A stretch of DNA of 64,000 bases, from positions 24,118,001 to 24,182,000 of the forward strand of contig OX597824.1 in NCBI GenBank assembly GCA_951406725.2, given 5' to 3'. This stretch comes from Octopus vulgaris. Its lineage: Eukaryota. Below, piece by piece: positions 52,503-64,000 of this stretch. The translations under genes were made by a program, and so were the position numbers. Each line of letters starts with the position of its first letter. Positions within the stretch are counted from its first letter, which is position 1. The notes under the pieces were generated by a model, which saw nothing but the letters and a program-made list of their open reading frames with translations, made no database searches and had not been told where the DNA came from.

Positions 52503-53804
52503 GCTGTTGTTGCTGCTGCTGCTGCTGTTGTTGTTGTTGTTGTTGTTGTTAAGCAACAAGACGGGTAAGGGTGATTAGGTGATGGTCTAGGGCTTAGGAG
52601 TGGGAGACCCCAGACCTTGGAAAAATAAAAAAAAACTTTGGTCATCTTGTTGTAGTCGAGGGCTCTTCGTTGACGCCCGACACCACTGGGAGGTGGCCCT
52701 CGAAGTCGCTGGAAATGGAGATCTCCAGGTCCAAATTCTTGAACGGCTGCTGTTGTTGCTGTTGCTGTTGATGTTGAACCAGTCTTTTCTTTTTACTTTT
52801 GTTCAAGGCGACGAAAGGCACGAAAGGTATATTGGTAGGTTTTTAATAAACCCTCATTTTAAACCCTTCTGTAAAAGGTAAATGCTGTTGCTAAACCATG
52901 AATTTTTTTCTGTTATCAAGAGAAAGAAAAGTGAAACTTACTTGTTGCAGGGTTTTTTACTGGTTCATCAGAAGTCAGTCATTCAGATGATGTGAAAATA
53001 GCAAGGTTAGCTACTTATATTAAAAGCAATTTCCGAAAGAACCGTATGTTTCCTTAAAACACATTGGTAATTCTAACCTTTTCTACACATCCAAGAAATC
53101 TGAGGTCACCGAAGCAGTACAAATACTGAAAAAAGGAAGATTCTAAACCAATGACCACGCATAAAAGAAACATTGAACTGAGTAATAACAGCTCTGCATA
53201 GCAACCAAACATCACCATCCAGAACGCAGTAATGCAAGAATGATGATAGAATAAGATTTAAAGTCAGCTGAAGTTACATACACACACACAAACCTACACA
53301 AGTCACAAACAGTATACCAATAAACTTTATAGACATTGGTGCGCACGCAATAATACTGGTTCAACAAAAAGAAGCAAATCTTAGTCAATTTGAAAAAAAT
53401 ACAAGTATAAATGAATGGAATAAAAACTGATAAGAAACTCAAACATCTAGATGGATGGATACTTGACAACATAATATACAGAACAAAATGGCAAAACAAA
53501 CTCAATGACAAGTTAGTCAGCATTGAAAGTGAAGCTAAAGTGAACAGTAACGAATGCGTGTGTTTATTGGTATTACGACCCTCGAGCTGTCTAATTCTAA
53601 TGTGTTGTCATGTTCTTGTAATCGGTGGTACCACGCACGCTGAGCTTGCACAGTTGAAGACATAAAAAGAATTCTTCGAATTGTTGACACAAAAATTTAA
53701 AGTCCGGGATGTATGTCTCTATGCCTGCATCATTCCATAAGTATAGTTCTATGCTACTGAGGTCTATCTCTTTTGCCGTCACACGTAGTTTACCGATATT
53801 CTCT

Positions 53805-54177
53805 CTTTTACTCTTTTACCCTTTTACTTGTTTCAGTCATTTGACTGTGGCTATGCTGGAGCACCGCCTTTAGTCGAGCGAGTCGACCCCAGGACTTATT
53901 CCTTATAAGCCTAGTACTTATTCGTAAACACACCAGCATCGGTTGTCAAGCGATGTTGGGGGTACAAACACACACACACAAACACACACACACACACATA
54001 CATACATATATATATATACGACGGGCCTCTTTCAGTTTCCGTCTACCAAATTCACTCACAAGGCTTTGGTCGGCCCGAATAGTAGAAGACACTTGCTCAA
54101 GGTGCCACGCAGTGGGACTGAACCCGGAACCATGTGGTTCGTAAGCAAGGTACTTACCACACAGCCACTCCTACGCT
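53805..54177 (-). mobile_element. OR/OK-like CORE SINE
   Basis: Full head GCGTAGGAGTGGCTGTGTGG through the tail. Confidence 0.85.
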
Positions 54178-54815
54178 TATATATACATATATACAATCAA
54201 TTATACTCCAGGACAAATAAGAGGCAAATAAGATATAATTTCCTATTGTTAAAGCCGTTTCCTTATTCAGTTTCAGTTGCATTATCGACTCCAATTCGAA
54301 GGTACATAACCAATGCATGTACTTCACATTATATACATATATGCATACATTTATATGCACACATACAATTATATAGTTACAAAACTGTGCGCGCACATAC
54401 ACATGCACGCACGCATACATGCACATACAGGTATCTCTGTGGTAACTTGAGCTACTACAAATAGCAGCCAAATCAAAAGAAAGACACGGATTTACAATAT
54501 TTCAGGTAAGATAAACTATGCGATGGGCCAGCTACATCAAAGGCAACTCTGGGTTAAAGAAAACACAAACTTACTTCACATTAAAAAATCATCTACTAAA
54601 TAATGCTAGTAATGTTGGCAGTATATCTTCGAAGTTTCATCCCTTGGTAAAAGTCCATGTATTTTAAGCATTTTCTCACTATGCTCTAAATATTGTTCAA
54701 GCAGAGCTGCTTCCTTTAGCTAAAGACTTCAAAACTGTGCGACCCGACCTAGTTTTCAAGGTTATTATTTGCGGTGACTCAGTTTTCGAATCCCTACGAA
54801 ACATACGCACACACG

Positions 54816-54867
<52 letters not shown>

Positions 54868-54976
54868 CACAAACACAAATATATATATATAACTATACAT
54901 ATATATTCATATAAACACATAAATGTGCATTTTTATAGATGCGTGTCTGTATACGTATGCACGTATTCATATAATA

Positions 54977-55011
<35 letters not shown>

Positions 55012-56295
55012 CAGACATATATATATATATATATATATATATACAAACACACGCGCGCGCATGCACACGCACACATATGCATGTGGAACTTGTATACTTA
55101 CATTTAGATTTACAAAATCCAATTTATATACAAAATTTACATGCCTCCGTGTAAGTGCATGAGTACGTGCGCGTGTGCTTGTATGTGTGTGTGTGTGTGT
55201 GTGTCTGTCTGTCTGTCTGTGTGCGTGTGCGCGCGCGAGTGTGTGTAGTGTATGTGTGTCCATGAGCCGACCTTTCAAAGCCGCCAATGCTACAATCACT
55301 ACCACTTCGACACCACCGCCTCACTCTTACTGTCACAGCCACTACCACCACCACCACCACAACCGCCTCCGCCGCCGCCATTCTCGTTACCTCCACTGCC
55401 ACAACCGCAACCACTAGTAATACTACCACAATTACTATCAACAAAACCAGCATGATTTATACTATCTCCACCAACTCTGCCAAAACTACAACACATACAA
55501 CAGTCCTTATTTTTACCACCACCAGTACTAACCCTTGCGCTACTAAACATTCCGCCACTAACTCCAACGCCGATACCACAATCTCCACTTTAACATCGAC
55601 GCCACCACCAGCAACACCTCTAACACCACTACTACTCAAACTGCTACCGTACGCAACACCAACGCCACCTACTGCAACAGCACTACCACCACAATCAATA
55701 CTACAACCTATAAAATGATCACCACAGCCTATACCTCGATTACCACAGCCCATACTGTAATACCGTATTCACTACAACCCAAGTTACAACCACTATAGCC
55801 TATACTATGACCAGCACCACCACCACAAAATCATCGTCAATACTACCACTGCTACTACCTCCCCAATGCCACCATTAATACCACCAATACTACCGCCTGT
55901 ACTATCACCACGAATATCACCACCAACAACAACAACACTGTCAACTCGAACGACACTAGAACCATAGCCATCATCACCACTACCACCACCACTACCACCA
56001 CCACCAGCTACAACAACAACAACGCACACACACACAAACATACACAGTAACACCACCATTACCAACGCCACCACCACGACCACCGTTATCACCACCAGCA
56101 CCAACACCCCAACACGATTAACACACACACACACACACACACTACCACCGCCACCACCACCACCATCAACACACGCGCACGCGCGCTAAAAACCCACCAC
56201 CACCACCAACACCAACACCAACACCACCACCACTACTTCCACCCATCACCCCCCACCCCCACCCGCTATCAGTCATCAGCTGCCACACACCAGAG

Positions 56296-56506
56296 CTATA
56301 TAGACGAACTCAACCAGCCCCGACCAAGTGCAGTCGCACTAGTTCGAGAAGAGAAATCCCCCGTCACGCCGCCGCACCGGCTAAAAATAACGCCGCCGCC
56401 CCAACCTCTACAACAATCAGTCACGAGATATCGATTTTCCCCCTTTTGCCTTTGTTTCCTGTCTTTCTTTTCTTCTTTCTTTCCTTATTTCAATTTGTTG
56501 GTATGT
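56296..56506 (+). promoter_or_regulatory. Candidate Pol II promoter and non-coding first exon
   Basis: CTATATAG at 56296, Inr-like GCAGTC at ~56330, CpG-rich unique sequence, donor TTG|GTATGT at 56500/56501. Confidence 0.4.
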
Positions 56507-56635
56507 TTTTGCCTCGTCTTCTGTTTTTTTTTTTTTCTTCTTGTTATTATAGATGTTCTCTTATGATGCTGAAATTATATAATTGTCCGTTATCATGTAT
56601 CTATCTTTCTACGTGAATATGTGTATATACATACA

Positions 56636-56682
<47 letters not shown>

Positions 56683-56754
56683 TATTTATATATACAGGAA
56701 TATTTATTATATATGTAATAAATAAAATATTTAGATGTATATATACATATATAT

Positions 56755-56810
<56 letters not shown>

Positions 56811-56932
56811 ACTATGTATACCATATATACTGTATGCATATATATATATACTGTATATATATATGTATGTGTGCGTATATGTATATATATATATAATATT
56901 TTATTATATATTACATATATAAATACGTACCT

Positions 56933-56969
<37 letters not shown>

Positions 56970-57029
56970 TATATATACATACATGCATATATATATATAT
57001 ATATATATATAATTATATATATACATACA

Positions 57030-57069
<40 letters not shown>

Positions 57070-57389
57070 CTGCATGTATATATGCATGCATATGTGTATG
57101 TACAAATACTCACATACAAATGCACACACACACATATATATATGTATGTATGTATATATAGACTCATATATACATACATATATACAAATATACACACACA
57201 TATGTGTGTATATATGTTTATGTATTTGCATGCATATATATGTATGCATATGTATATATGTGTATAGGAGTGAGTGTGTATTAACAATATAAGAAGCGAT
57301 GGGGCAGTTCCTGTTTCTTTCTGTAAATCGGTCTCACATTTTGCTGCATCAGCAAGTCTCAAAAACAGACACAGTAACATTTGGTAAGA

Positions 57390-57925
57390 TATGTTTCTTT
57401 ATTAGCCACACAGGGCTGCACACAGACAGGACAAATTACAAGGTAGAGCTTTTCATTTGGGGGTAAAAAAAAAAGAGGGTTTGGTTTTCGATGAAGAGGG
57501 ATCGTAAAGGGAAAGAAAGAGGACAAAAAAAGGGGGGAAAAAATTTTTTTTTTAAAAAGGGGGGGAGAGGAAAAAAAAAGGGAAAGGGAAGAAAAAATAA
57601 ATTGATCAATAGGGATCGTTATCACTGAAATGTCAATATGAAGTGTAAAGGGGAGGACAGGAGAGGTTTACCCGTGGAAAGAAAAGCCTACGGAAAAGAC
57701 CACGGTAACCTCGGTCAATGAAGTCACATGTTATATTTCTTTTTTTTTTTTTTGCAAATAAGCAACTCTCTGTATTAATTTTTACGGTTCATAGAATCAT
57801 AGTCAACGTGGCTTCGTCATTCATACGTGCCATCCTTGCTACATTCACCCATCTTTTTTTAAAACATTCACTAGACAAAACTTGCCTCTCTACTCTCACT
57901 TTCCCCTTCCTGGCTGATACAACCT
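57390..57925 (-). mobile_element. Tx1/L1-like LINE 3' end (C-terminal ORF2 remnant and 3' UTR); shorter tail copy at ~23312-23450
   Basis: KGKVRVERQVLSSECFKKRWVNVA resembles the L1/Tx1 C-terminus; pyrimidine-rich UTR ending AATAAAGAAAC. Confidence 0.6.
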
Positions 57926-58280
57926 GGACACTGATTATTAAACGTTTCCTAGGAGCTGAGTTTAAGAGACGAATTGAATGAAAGAAATGAAAATCGTCGT
58001 GAAGCCGCAAACTTTTACGTTAAGGTGAAAATAACTCCAGACAAGTACACAATGATAAGAATAATTTCTACTAAAGGCACAATGCCTGACGTTTTGGCGG
58101 AGGGAACTAGTCGATTACATTGACCCCAACGTGTCCCTGGTACCTAATTTATCGACCGCGAAAGGATGAATGGCAAAGTGAACCTCGGCAGGATTTGAAC
58201 TCAGAAAGTAGCGCCAGGCAAACTGCTGCTAGACATTTTGCCCTGCGTGCTAACGATTCTGCCAGCTCACCGCCATAATG

Positions 58281-58327
<47 letters not shown>

Positions 58328-58328
<1 letters not shown>

Positions 58329-58891
58329 GCCCTGATGCAGTACCAGGCAGTGGCTCTCATGGTTCTGCTCTTAACTGATTGGAAGTGTTATACTGTACAT
58401 TGTTTTGTCTTGCATATGGGTTACAGCAAATATGGGCTACAGCAAATATTCTGCTCAATACCACAGATTTGCTTGTTAGTTGTTTGACCTTAACCAGTTG
58501 AGCATGTCCCTTAGTGGCTGACGATATGTGCATCTCTGATCACGAGCAGAAGTAGTGGGGGAGCATCATAGCCATGTGTTGAGAGAGATTATTTGGGGTT
58601 TGAATAATTCACCTTTGGAAACTTGGGTGTTTCATTTAACATCCTTAAACAACCCTTATTCAGGGACCTTTTGAGCGGGATGGGCTACTCGACCAGAACA
58701 AAATTCTAACTGGGCCCCACCTGCAAGGTCATGTGCTGTTTATCTTGATATGAGATCACCATGTCGCGCACATATGGTTGTGATGCTTGTGCCTGGTGTA
58801 CCCTTATCAGACGGGTAGTCATGATGGGTATATTGGGCTTCGTATATTTTACCCCAGTGTCACTTTGATGGCATGAACTGCTCTCTCACTC
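58328..58891 (+). mobile_element. Longer copy of the (TAA)n-targeted non-coding element
   Basis: The 3' 340 bp is the reverse complement of 50948-51290; flanked by (AAT)n on both sides. Confidence 0.8.
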
Positions 58892-58969
<78 letters not shown>

Positions 58970-59956
58970 CCTTTCTACTAAAGGCACAATGCCTGGAGTT
59001 TTGGCGGAGGCGACTAGTCGATTACATCGACCCTAGTGTGTCCCTGGTACTTAAAGTTGACCTCAGCAGAATTTGAACTCAGAACGTGAAGGTGGACGAA
59101 ATACCATCAAGCATTTTGCCGGCATGCAATCAGTTCTACCATCTCGCCGCATTTGAACTCAGAACATAGCGGCAGACGAAATGCCTATTTCTTTACTACC
59201 CACAAGGGGCTAAACACAGAGAGGACAAACAAGGACAGACAAACGGATTAAGCCGATTATATCAATCCCGGTGCGTAACTGGTACGTATTTAATCAACAC
59301 CGAAAGGATGAAAGGCAAAGTCGACCTCGGCGTAATTTGAACTCAGAACGTAGCGGCAGACGAAATACTGTTAAGCCTTTCGCCTGGCGTGTTGACGATT
59401 CTAGGTATATATGTTTGTTCCTTCTCGAACCACACCTGGCTCATTAGGGTCGGTTTCTCGGTTTCTTTAACGTATAGGTTCCCCACCTGGACGAGACGCC
59501 GGTCCGTCGCAGGTGAGCTGCAAGATGCAGGAGTAACACAGGTTACACATTACCTGTATGTCTTCTAATCTGTAAGTATTTACCATCTATATGAAAAGCC
59601 TTGCTCCGTAAAATGTTTAATTTAGTTTAATTTATCAAACTCGGGTTACGTCATGCTGACGATTTTAAACAAGAATGAAATGAATTGTACTATATATAAG
59701 ATTACATATGAATAGAAATTTTTCAGAATTTCCGTATGAATAAACAAATAATAATGGTAATTCTTTCTACTATAGGCACAAGACCTGAAGTTTGGTGCGG
59801 TGACCCCCCAGTGTTTCACTGGTACTTCATTTATCGACCCCGAAAGGATGAAAGGCGGAGTCGTCCTCGGCGGAATTTGAACTCAGACGTAGCAGCAGAT
59901 GAAAAAACCGATAAGCATTTCGTCCAGCATTTTAACGATTCTGCCAGCTCGCCGCC

Positions 59957-60012
<56 letters not shown>

Positions 60013-60245
60013 CATCATCATCATCATCATTATTATTATTATTATTATTATTATTGTGTAGCAAATGACTTGATCTGAGATCGTGTGCTAAAACGGAAAC
60101 AATTGCAGCGTGGAAGGTGTTTCTAAGCCATTTAAAAACACACCAAAACCGCTAGATTTTTGTGTGTTTAAATTTAATTTGTCAAAATATTTTCGTCGCT
60201 TTGAAATAGCAACTGACAATATTTCTGGCTGCCATAATCATTATT

Positions 60246-60277
<32 letters not shown>

Positions 60278-60334
60278 CATCGTCGTCGTCGTTGTTGTTT
60301 TTGTTTTTGTTCTTCTTCTTCATGTTGCAAGAAA

Positions 60335-60665
60335 TTAAAGAATGTGGACTATGAGGAGAATGTCTGTCGTTCCAGTAGGTGTAGGAGCACTCGGAGTACT
60401 AACAACCAAGTTCGAGAAATATGTCAGAGAAATCGGAATTGACATGAGAGCAGATCAAGCCGCCAACCCCACCCCCAAACTGCCCTGCTGGGGACAGCTA
60501 GGATTTTGAGATTGGTACTTATATGTTGAATGTCTCCCACGGTGATTAACAGCCTCGCATCAAAGCTTATAACGTGCGGAGAGAGACCCTGTGAGGCTTC
60601 TGTCAGATCTCACAGAATCTATCCGAGCAAACAAGACCGAACGCTCTGAGAAGCAGAACAATAAT
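60335..60665 (+). mobile_element. Second Dong/R4-like 3' fragment
   Basis: RMWTMRRMSVVPVGVGALGVLTTKFEKYVREIGIDMR/TALLGTARILRLVL, followed by (AAT)n. Confidence 0.75.
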
Positions 60666-60888
60666 AATAATAATCCTTTCTACTATAGGCACAAGGCCTG
60701 GAATTTTGGGTAGGGAGAAAAGTCGATCATATCGACTCCAGTACTTGACTGGTAGTTAATTTATCGACCTCGAAAGGATGAAAGGTAAAGTCGTCCTCAG
60801 CGGAATTTGAACTCAGATCGGATCGATGGGCGAAATACTGCTAAACATTTCGTTCAACGTGCTAACGATTCTACAAGCTCACCGCCTA

Positions 60889-60972
<84 letters not shown>

Positions 60973-61058
60973 AAGAAGAAGAAGAAGAAGAAGAAGAAGA
61001 AGAAGAAGAATTATTATTATTATTATTATTATTATCATTATTATTATTATTATTATTT

Positions 61059-61290
61059 AGGCGGTGAGTTGCGGAATCGTTAGCACGCCGGGCGAAATGC
61101 TTAGTGTTTTTTCGTCTGCCGTTACGTTCTAAGTTCAAATTCTGCCGAGGTCGACTTTGCCTTTCATTCTTTCGGGGTCGATATATTAAGTACCAGTTAC
61201 GCACTGGGTTCGATGTAATCGACTTAATCTTTTTGTCTGTCCTTGTTTGTCACCTCTATGTTTAGCCCCTTGTGGACAATAAAGAAATAA
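61059..61290 (+). mobile_element. Single full-length Meta-like SINE with the Tx1-like tail
   Basis: GGCGGTGAGTTGCGGAATCG head through ...GCCCCTTGTGGACAATAAAGAAATA. Confidence 0.85.
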
Positions 61291-61330
<40 letters not shown>

Positions 61331-62204
61331 CCTTGTTCCTCAGTTTTAAAATTCGAACCACTAATCCTGCCAACCATAATTTATAGATGATTATCCCCCC
61401 CTATGCTAACAGGTCACCAGGGTTCACAACGCATTACAAAAGGATTATCTTTGTTCATTTTTATTTACCTACCTACATTTCTCAGTGCATAATATATTCT
61501 AATTCAAAGCAGAAAAAAAGAAAGCTTTACGTTTTTTGTTGTTTTTTTTATCTCCTCCCTCCACAAAAGAAACTGTTTTATGGAGAAAGCTATTTTGACC
61601 TTTCCTCAAATTTGAAATTTTCTTTCGCTCCAGGCAAAAAGACAAAGAATATTCGTATGCCACCCGAATATTGTATACCAAGCACTGCAGTAGTCACTGG
61701 AAATGCATTCGCTGGAAGGTGAATTGAGTACAAATATAAATTGGAATATTATTTTGGAAATTAAAACAAAAAGCATTTTCACAGAAAATGTAAAATTTAA
61801 GAGAAAAATTCTATTTAGTTTCTATATTAAATCTTCTGCTTTTTCTCTTATTCCAGTCATGGGACTGCCGCCACACTAGAGCATTGCCTTAATGAGTTGC
61901 AGTTGAACTAACTGACACCAATAATTATTTTCTTTCCAGGTCTATCATTTATGTTTGTTTCTTTAATGCTCTTGATTTTGTCTTTTGTTTTTTTTTGTTT
62001 TGTTTTTTTGCCAGGCTGCTAATTTACGGGATCGTAAACAAACCGACACCAGTTGTCAAGTGGTATGTGTGTAGGGTAGGGTGGTAGATGCACAAACGTA
62101 AACGCACACATGTGTACCTATACACACGAAAGCCTCCAGGCAGTTTCCGTCGAGCAAATCCACTCACAAGGCATTGGTCGGTCCGGGACTATATATATAT
62201 ATAT

Positions 62205-62630
62205 ATTTCTTTACTACCCACAAGGGGCTAAACACAGAGGGGACAAACAAGGACAGACAAAGGGATTAAGTCAATTACATCGACCCCAGTGCGAAACTGG
62301 TACTTAATTTATCGACCCCGAAAGGATGAAAGGCAAAGTCGACCTCGGCGGAATTTGAACCCAGAACACGTAACGGCAGACGAAATACGGCTACGCATTT
62401 CGCCCGGCGTGCTAACGATTCTTATTTCTTTATTGCTCACAAGGGCTAAACATATAGGGGACAAACAAGGACAGACAAAAGGATTAAGTCGATTAGATCG
62501 ACCCCAGTGCGTAACTGGTCCTTAATTTATCGACCCCGAAAGGATGAAAGGCAAAGTCGACCTCGGCGACAGACGAAATACGGCTACGCATTTCGCCCGG
62601 CGTGCTAACGATTCTGCCATCTCGCTGCCT
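62205..62630 (-). mobile_element. Two-unit SINE array with a ~16-bp TSD inside an OR-like SINE
   Basis: TCCGGGACTATATATA at 62182-62197 and 62634-62649. Confidence 0.8.
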
Positions 62631-63044
62631 TCATCCGGGACTATATATAGTAAACGACTCCTGCCCAAGATACCGCGTAAGTGGAACTGAAACCGAAACC
62701 ACATGGTTGCAAAGCGAGCCCCTTAACCACACAGCCATGACCTTTCATTTCGTTCTTTTCTTTTATTTCGTTATTTTTATGTATTTTATTTTATTTTATG
62801 CCTTTAGTGCACTTTTATCATGCGGTACTTGAACCAAATTCTCGATAAGTTCGCTGCGTTAAATCTGCAAGAATCGCCATTCCAGATTAAAGAGGAGATT
62901 GTCCGCATCTTTTTAAAGCAGTTATACAAAAGATGATGAGGACATGATTAGTTTTATTTTAAACAATGGCTGTGTGGAAGGTGTTTATAGGCCATTTAAG
63001 AAACACACAAAAACCGTTAGATTCACTTCAACATTTAAATTTAA

Positions 63045-63095
63045 TTTGACAAAATATTTTCGTCGCTTTGAGACCGCGACATGTTCACTGACAAA
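63045..63095 (-). ncRNA. Hammerhead ribozyme, G3:C8 core-swap variant
   Basis: Minus strand: tttgtca-GTGAACA-t-gtcgc(ggtctcaaa)gcgac-GAAA-atat-TT-tgtcaaa. The sibling copy at ~60110-60225 has the fully pairing tgacaaa but lacks the core. Confidence 0.72.
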
Positions 63096-63146
63096 ATTCC
63101 GCAATAAATAGGTATAAAATAACACGAAGACCCGGTACGGCTGCTA

Positions 63147-63222
<76 letters not shown>

Positions 63223-63529
63223 CGTGTGTGCGTGTGTGAAAGACCGTGACCTGGTGGTTAGAGTATTGCACTAACGATCGCTATATCATGGGTTAGATCT
63301 CCAGAACGGGCGGCACGTTGTGTTCTTCAGCAAAACACTTCGTTTCCCGTACGTACGTCCAGTCCACTAGGCTGTAAATGCGTAACCCTGTGACGTAATA
63401 GTCTTCCCATCAGGGGAAAGTTGGCCTGTTCGCCTAACCAGTGGGATGGCGTCGTTCGAAAGCTGAAACAATGCAAAGTACATTGTGACCAGTGATATAC
63501 AGCAACATCCAATAGTCTGGCCGATACCG

Positions 63530-63569
<40 letters not shown>

Positions 63570-63637
63570 GTGTGTATATGTGTATATGTATACATATATA
63601 TATATACATACATAATACATACATACATATATATATG

Positions 63638-63682
<45 letters not shown>

Positions 63683-64000
63683 CAATTCCAGATCATCAGC
63701 GTCAGTCGGGCTCATGATAGATTTCGCATAAGACACATGCCTACTCGAAGAATTTTACGTTTTTCCGCAATATTTCTAGTCCCAAATGGCTTATTTTTTT
63801 TTATATCTAGCACTATGTCTTTTCCCATTTCTAAGTTAAGTGTTAAAATAAGGCAACCCTTCAAAACACAACTGATCTTTACACACAGACGCACAGAATA
63901 ACAGCAATCAAATAACGAGAGCGGGAATGCCCAAGAAACATCAGCGATCTGACCGTCGCCTGTACTCTTGACAAGAGATGCCAGTTAGTTTTTTTACGCC

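Noticed and set aside
52941-53268. Minus-strand coding exon between TTCAG| and |GTAAGT
   Set aside because: The frames I read contain stops and no recognisable protein; the splice-like sites may be chance.

Overview
Microsatellite-rich, gene-poor eukaryotic DNA. The SINE families and repeat landscape suggest a coleoid cephalopod such as Octopus (inference). Almost all ORF-track entries are translations of simple repeats. The one intact coding unit is an apparently full-length Penelope-like retroelement (PLE, minus strand, ~30440-34838) inside a (TA)n tract. It has a 427-aa ORF1 of unknown family, an overlapping ATG-less RT + Zn-finger + GIY-YIG ORF2 in the +1 frame, ~130-bp terminal direct repeats, and a minimal hammerhead ribozyme (HHR) whose predicted cut site lies ~9 nt from the element's 5' boundary. 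I read about 13 further minimal type-I HHR motifs by eye, from roughly 8 unrelated short non-coding families. Most sit in microsatellites, and several occur as back-to-back inverted pairs. One carries a tRNA-like Pol III head with a 12-bp TSD, and two have compensatory core swaps (G3:C8, U3:A8). Together they look like a population of PLE-mobilised non-autonomous ribozyme elements. Also present: tandem arrays of a tRNA-derived SINE with a Tx1-like tail, CORE-type SINEs, RTE/CR1/Dong-R4/Tx1 LINE fragments, Helitron-N copies, Tc1/mariner MITEs, a mariner pseudogene fragment, and a candidate promoter plus first exon near 56.3 kb. All calls are from manual reading; no searches were run.
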